Of a DNA stretch of 13,670 bases, positions 8,191 through 13,670 are shown one piece after another (position 1 is the stretch's first letter; the number at the start of each line of letters is the position of its first letter). Under the pieces are notes generated by a model. That model was not told the origin of the DNA and did not search any database. It saw only the letters and a list, made by a program, of their open reading frames with translations. The translations under genes were made by a program, and so were the position numbers. Source of the DNA: Octopus sinensis. Taxonomy: Eukaryota. Location: positions 1-13,670 of the forward strand of contig NW_021826053.1 of assembly GCF_006345805.1 (NCBI RefSeq), in the 5' to 3' direction.

Positions 8191-8265
8191 TGACAACAAA
8201 CCATCACTTTACCGTGCTGCTACTGTATAAATCTCTCTGAGAGATTTAGAAATGTAATATTTATA

Positions 8266-8690
8266 ATTTTATTTTATTTTATTTTATTTTATTTTTTTTA
8301 CTTGTTTCAGTCATTTTGACTGCGGCCATGCTGGAGCATCACCTTTAATCGAGCAACTCGACCCCGGGACTTATTCTTTGTAAGCCCAGTACTTATTCTA
8401 TCGGTCTCTTTTGCCGAACCGCTAAGTAACGGGGACATAAACACACCAGCATCAGTTGTCAAGCGATGCTAGGGAGACAAACACAGACACACAAACATAC
8501 ACGCACATACATATATATGCATATATACGACGGACTTCTTTCAGTTTCCGTCTACCAAATCTACTCACAAGGCTTTGGTCGGCCCGGGGCTATAGCAGAA
8601 GACACTTGCCCAAGATGCCACGCAGTGGGACTGAACCCGGAACCATGTGATTGGTTAGCAAGCTACTTACCACACAGCCACTCCTGCGCC
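8266..8690 (-). mobile_element. tRNA-derived SINE (family 1), full length
   Basis: Minus strand: GGCGCAGGAGTGGCTGTGTGGTAAGTAGCTTGC (A box), GGTTCAGTCCC (B box), CTTGGGCAAGTGTCTTCT, internal TA/TG tract, central domain, CCAGCATGGCCGCAGTCAAAATGACTGAAACAAGT, and an (AAAAT)n tail. Confidence 0.93.
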
Positions 8691-8702
8691 TATATATATT
8701 TT

Positions 8703-8878
8703 AAAAAGGTACCAGACGTAATTAAAAAAAAAAAAACATTAGTAATGTGGTCGATTTATTCGACTAAAAAGCTCTTCAAGACGGTGCCCCAGCGTAGCAG
8801 CAGTCTAATGACCGAAACAAGTAAAGATTAAAAGATTAAAAGATTAAAAGATTGAAAGATTGAAAGATTGAAAGATTA
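8703..8878 (+). mobile_element. 3' fragment of family-1 SINE with (AAAGATT)n tandem tail
   Basis: GGTACCAG...GGTCGATTTATTCGACTAAAA...CGGTGCCCCAGCGTAGCAGCAGTCTAATGACCGAAACAAGT followed by ~7 AAAGATT(A/G) units. Confidence 0.8.
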
Positions 8879-8959
8879 GTTTTATAATTAAATACTATTG
8901 GAAATTGAATTAACATATTGTTAAAATATTTTGTGCATTGTAGAAATATAACCAATTTA

Positions 8960-9040
8960 TTGCAGATAAACTTTAACAGGAAAATCTTATGTGGGTCCCG
9001 CTCCCCAGGGTCATATTGACCCCGGTTGAGAAGCACTCCA
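8960..9040 (-). mobile_element. Possible hAT-family (Charlie/Chap-like) MITE terminus
   Basis: GGTTGAGAAGCACT (9024-9037) is the reverse complement of a CAGTGCTTCTCAACC-type hAT TIR, with GGGGTCAATATGACCC subterminal sequence. The partner TIR was not found. Confidence 0.45.
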
Positions 9041-9219
9041 GAAATCAAGAACTCGATTCTCTATGAGTTTCGCTTCCATATGTGAAGTTGTTGTTCCCTT
9101 CTATCGCCTGCCCCTACTTCGTCCTGGCGCCCTGTTGCTGCATCTCCACCAGCCCGATTGTAATTCGAGAGAAGGTCTCTCCCAGCAGAGGTGGGGGCAT
9201 CACAGAAATTGTAAATGGT

Positions 9220-9377
9220 TTACGGCACAAATTAAATCATCTGAAACTTGCTAAAATAAACTTTATTGAGTGAATCTTTCCTGATGCGTATATTTTAGAC
9301 ATTAATGATCATAATGCTCAGCTGAGCATCCATTATCTTAGTTGAAGTATATTTAAAATCCCATCAGAACGACTACG
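9220..9377 (+). pseudogene. hAT transposase C-terminal dimerisation domain, left piece
   Basis: Frameshifted reading IE*IFPDAY..TLMI..ASAEHPLS*LKYI*NPIRTT matches the hAT motif FPN...L.I.LT....N.SAERSFS.LK.IKN.LRTTM. Confidence 0.7.
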
Positions 9378-9758
9378 ATTTTTTTTATTCACCATACGGT
9401 TTTACACAGAGGGGACACTGCAATACATTGGGGACACAAAACATCAAAAAAATAATCGTATAAGATGAGAAAAAGGATGATAATGAGGGGTGAAAGTGAT
9501 GTTAACTGCCCCATCAGTCAACATCATTTACTTGTCCTTTTTCCTATTTCACTGCAAAATCACAAAGTCCCCAAATTTTATCTCATATATTTTTTCGAGT
9601 TTCTCCCTCTTTTCCTGTGCCAACATTCCCCTTATTAACATGTATACATCTCCAAGTTCCTTCACCTGAATTTTCAGCAATACTACTTTCATTCCCTCAT
9701 TCCAGCTATCTGGTATTTCTACTTTTCCTCAGACCTTTCACCTTTCATATAAATACTC
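9378..9758 (-). mobile_element. 5'-truncated non-LTR retrotransposon of unidentified clade, copy 2
   Basis: Minus frame EYLYER*KV*GKVEIPDSW...LGDVYMLIRGMLAQEKREKLEKIYEIKFGDFV aligns with copy 1. It has the same 3' UTR and ends AATAAAAAAAATC. Confidence 0.8.
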
Positions 9759-10040
9759 ACAAGGTAAGCTGGATGTTTTATATCTCTACTAGATATAGAA
9801 GTAGATGTGTTACCTAAGATTAATTTTGAGGATCTGATCAAAGACTTCGCAATGAAAAAAGTAGGAGGAAACTTTCCAAATATAAAGCGGAAGAATACAA
9901 AAATGAACATTATTTTCCACCTGACTCTTACTTTTTTCTTTCATTCCGAAAAATAAAAATTATTTTGTGGTTTATTATTATTTATATTTTGAATTACATA
10001 TATAAGTGCTTGGGGCCCTCTATGGGTTTTAATTAGACCA
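9759..10040 (+). pseudogene. hAT transposase C-terminus, right piece, plus degenerate 3' end
   Basis: QGKLDVL/SLLDIEVDVLPKINFEDLIKDFAMKK/SRRK continues the hAT motif (Q.RL..L.LL.IE.....I.F..LI..FA.KK.R). An AT-rich 3' region and a GGGGCCC subterminal motif near 10012 follow. Confidence 0.75.
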
Positions 10041-10168
10041 TCTCTCCTTAGTTGTTCCATTGCTTTCATATTTACATAAAACAATAGGCTGTGATTGAGG
10101 AAGAGTTACCAACAGATCTTAGCGCAAAGATCTCTCGTTTTGCTTGTATACATACATACACACACACA

Positions 10169-10210
<42 letters not shown>

Positions 10211-10406
10211 TATATATATATAATATATATACATAATTCGTATTTCATAACCAAGGTGTTATATTGAGTATATTTAATTTGATTATCCCCACAATTGTCG
10301 ATACGGTCTTGCCTAACTTGCCTGCCGTTACATTTACCGGCTCGAGCACTTCGAAGTGTATTACAGCCACAAGACAGATGATAGATATACATAATAATGC
10401 AATATA

Positions 10407-10568
10407 TTCTTTTATTCTCTTACTGTTTTGCTTGCTTCAGCCAATTTGACTGCGGCCATGCTGGAGTATCGCCTTACAGAATTCTTAGTCGAAGGTGCCA
10501 CGCAATAGGACTGATGAACACGGAGCCATGTGGCTGAGAAGCAAGCTTCTTGCAGCCATGCCTGCCCC
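10407..10568 (-). mobile_element. Family-1 SINE with large internal deletion (head fused to tail)
   Basis: Tail TTTGACTGCGGCCATGCTGGAG is joined within ~25 bp to head AAGGTGCCACGCAATAGGACTGA...AGCAAGCTTCTT..CAGCCATGCCTGCCCC. Confidence 0.8.
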
Positions 10569-10569
10569 T

Positions 10570-10571
10570 TA

Positions 10572-10622
<51 letters not shown>

Positions 10623-10625
10623 TAC

Positions 10626-10685
<60 letters not shown>

Positions 10686-10725
10686 CAACACACACATACA
10701 TATATATATATATATAATATATACC

Positions 10726-10781
<56 letters not shown>

Positions 10782-10860
10782 CATATATTAATATATATTA
10801 TATATATTATATATAATACACACACACATACATATATATATACACATACATATATACATG
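10570..10860. repeat. Compound (TA)n/(CA)n microsatellite
   Basis: Directly visible. Confidence 0.95.
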
Positions 10861-11809
10861 CATCACCCTTTTGTACTGTTTTATATTCATCCCCACCACT
10901 ACAAACTCAATACCATTATAAAATGGTCAAAACTCCTCACACAGGAACTTAGTTTGATTTGAAAACCCCACTAGAATGGGAGAAAGCGCTAATACATGAT
11001 CTAAGTTATATGATGTATAAAAACATGTAATATACAAATAAATATCTGTAAATATAAACCATCCGATTTTCTGAGTACCTCATTTCTTCTAATATATAAT
11101 ACCTGTACATCATCTCCAAACCTTCCGATACGTATATATATGTATATACATGTATGTATATACTCCGCACATATGTGTGTATTTGTGTATGTGTGTGTAT
11201 GTATGTGTGTGCCTGTGTGTGTGTGCAATCAATTTTGTACGTGTATGTGTGTGAAATTCGGAATCATTTTTCATTTCTTCCATTTTGTCATTAAGACGTC
11301 ACAATGTCTCGTAACGGTTTTCTCCAGAGATTTCCTTTCCAAAAGTCTTCAGTCTCTTTCAACCTTTCGCGGTGATTAGAGGCTAGGGAATGTGTGCGCC
11401 AGGGGGCGTACCCAAACATCTGAGGACTAGTGTGAAGTGACAGTCATCTTCACCTTGTTTTTGATGTTTGTGGGGATATTTTATGCACCTTTGACTTCTT
11501 AAACACCCAATGTAACATGCTGGTTGGTAGCATAACATAGTTACAAGGTGTCCGGTAGTGTTCCTCTACCCGGATGAATTCTTAACCAGGCCATTTCAGG
11601 ACAGAAAACCTGGGGGTTCCAACCAGAAATATCTTCCCTTCTTCACTCTACACAGATTCACACAGAATATATTTTATTTCAATAAACAATTGTGTGAGTG
11701 TAAAGAGAATGGCGACGTTAAACAAGAATAAAAATGATGAACACGAAATAAAGTTTACTCAATAAATAGTCAGAGGAATGTCGAGAGAGTTTCGCTGTAA
11801 ACTCGAGAA

Positions 11810-12118
11810 GAATTTTAATAAAACATTAATCTTTTGTTATTAAAAAGTTTGATAATATTTTCTGGATATTTATTATAATAAAGTAAAACAGCTTCTTCGT
11901 TATTTTGTTTGATAAACTTCAGAAGTGGACATAAACGTCTTGGGTTTACAAGTTTGCATGTAGCCGGGACTTTGGTGTATATGTGGTAGGAATTTTAGTA
12001 AAACAAATCTTTTGTTATTAAAAGGTCTGATAATATTTTCTAGAGATTTCTAAAAGTAAAATAGTTTCTTTTTTGTTTGATAAACTTCAGAAGTGAATAT
12101 ACATCATTGGTTTGTAAC
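11810..12118 (+). repeat. Diverged tandem duplication, 180-bp period
   Basis: GAATTTTA.TAAAACA..AATCTTTTGTTATTAAAA.GT.TGATAATATTTTCT...TTTTGTTTGATAAACTTCAGAAGTG starts at both 11810 and 11990. Confidence 0.85.
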
Positions 12119-12145
12119 TCTCTATGTATCTGTGACAATGATGTA

Positions 12146-12525
12146 TATATGTATGTATGTATTATGTATGTATACATACATACATACATACATAATACAT
12201 ACATACATACATACATACATACATACATACATACATAATACATATATACATAATACATACATTCATACATACATAATACATACATACATAATACATACAT
12301 ACATACATACATACATACATACATACTACATAATACATTCATACATACATAATACATACATACATAATACATACATACATACATACATACTAACATACAT
12401 ACATAATACATTCATACATACATAATACATACATTCATACATACATAATACATACATACATACATACATACATATATGTATGTATGTATGTATGTATTAT
12501 GTATGTATGAATGTATGTATGTATG

Positions 12526-12556
<31 letters not shown>

Positions 12557-12594
12557 GTATGTATGCATGTATTATGTATGTATGTATTATGTAT
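12146..12594. repeat. (TATG)n-(CATA)n-(TATG)n tetranucleotide array with two strand inversions
   Basis: Orientation switches at ~12171 and ~12474. Confidence 0.95.
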
Positions 12595-12701
12595 TACCCC
12601 ATAGAGACGCCTGCACCTGTATTTTGTATGTTTACGTGTAACTCATCACTGCTTCGACTCACATATGTGAATGCATGTTTGTACATGTTGTGTGTGTATG
12701 A

Positions 12702-12738
<37 letters not shown>

Positions 12739-12741
<3 letters not shown>

Positions 12742-12944
12742 CGGGAAGGTTTACGAAAATAAACAAAAGGCGAAGGCAGGTGAAGTACAAACAAACAACT
12801 GTATTAGTATAGCGCTCAGGAATAGAAATAGAAAAAGTGGTTTACGTTTCGAGCCTACGCTCTTCGACAGAAGATACACAGAAAAAAAAACGAGAAGAAG
12901 AAACAAGGAGAGAAAAGAATGCGTATAGGAGTAACGATCTATCA
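12739..12944 (-). mobile_element. Penelope-like element terminal (pLTR-like) fragment between TA repeats
   Basis: Contains a minimal hammerhead-type motif typical of Penelope-like elements, has a second partial copy at 7353-7412, and is flanked by (TA)n. Confidence 0.6.
12841..12872 (-). ncRNA. Minimal type-I hammerhead ribozyme-like motif (variant core CUGUCGA)
   Basis: Minus strand UU-CUGUCGA-A-GAGC-GUAG-GCUC-GAAACGUA-AA gives a core, a 4-bp stem II, GAAA, a palindromic ACGU stem III and a GUA cleavage triplet. A6 is U and stem I is only 2 bp. Confidence 0.6.
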
Positions 12945-13124
12945 ATATATATATATATTTATATATATCTATTGCTAAAACCCTTAATTTTATTTATAAT
13001 GATATATATAAAAAAAAACTTTTTGTACAAATTTTTACCAATAATGGTCCTTTTTCATACCGAAACTACTTGGTAATTATTTAAAATTATTAATTAATAA
13101 TTCTTTACCCTATATCTGTCATGA

Positions 13125-13125
13125 G

Positions 13126-13164
<39 letters not shown>

Positions 13165-13208
13165 CCCCTTGTGGCAATAAAGAAGTATTAATATATATTA
13201 ATATATAT

Positions 13209-13244
<36 letters not shown>

Positions 13245-13379
13245 TGAGAGCGAGGAGACGAGAGGGAGAGAGAAAGAGAGAGCGAGAGAGAGAGAGAGAT
13301 GTTTGATTGATTGTTTATCAGTCTTCTCTTACTCTCTCTCTCTCTATTCTTCACACTCTCTCTCTCTCTCTCTCTCACA

Positions 13380-13416
<37 letters not shown>
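13125..13416. repeat. (TA)n, (GA)n, (CT)n, (CA)n compound microsatellite
   Basis: Directly visible. Confidence 0.9.
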
Positions 13417-13417
<1 letters not shown>

Positions 13418-13670
13418 TTTGGACGCATTCTAAACATACATATGGGTAAGCATACAAGAACGTATGCATATCCATGTATGTATGTTTCACAGACAAATGA
13501 ACGGATGTTTGCATATGTAGTGTGCGATATAGGAGTGTATATATATATATGCATGTTTGTGGTGTTGTGTCTCTCTCGGTCTCCCTCACACCACAACACA
13601 CTCCCCACTCATTCCTCATCTAATCATGCGATTCTGCGTATTCTTTTACGCATGTTTATATATTTATGTA

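Noticed and set aside
10255-10385. Unique stretch with 60-aa ORFs on both strands
   Set aside because: No recognisable homology or convincing splice signals.
13161-13188. TTAGCCCCTTGTGGCAATAAAGAAG island within (TA)n, a possible extreme LINE 3' end
   Set aside because: Under 30 bp with no second copy in the window, so it cannot be supported.

Overview
AT-rich, microsatellite-saturated eukaryotic intergenic or intronic DNA. The SINE families and microsatellite density resemble octopus/cephalopod genomes (inference from recalled repeat sequences, not a search). No intact host gene is supportable, and nearly all track ORFs are microsatellite artefacts. The window is mostly nested, decayed transposons: at least 6 copies or fragments of one tRNA-derived SINE plus two other SINE heads, a mariner 5' end and pseudogene (7444-8094), a hAT transposase C-terminus and an RTE RT fragment. 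The hAT and RTE fragments are each split by a 5'-truncated copy of the same unidentified non-LTR element, one with a 14-bp TSD. A Penelope-type end carries a variant minimal hammerhead (12841-12872, minus). The most unusual feature is a ~1 kb non-coding element (6268-7299) in (TA)n, built from a ~350-bp unit in tandem plus head-to-head inverted copies. The unit folds strand-specifically (G-U pairs, no A-C), has a hammerhead-like remnant at the inversion breakpoint, and shares a covarying two-hairpin motif with a separate insertion at 8109-8177. It is a candidate retrozyme-like or Penelope-mobilised structured RNA element.
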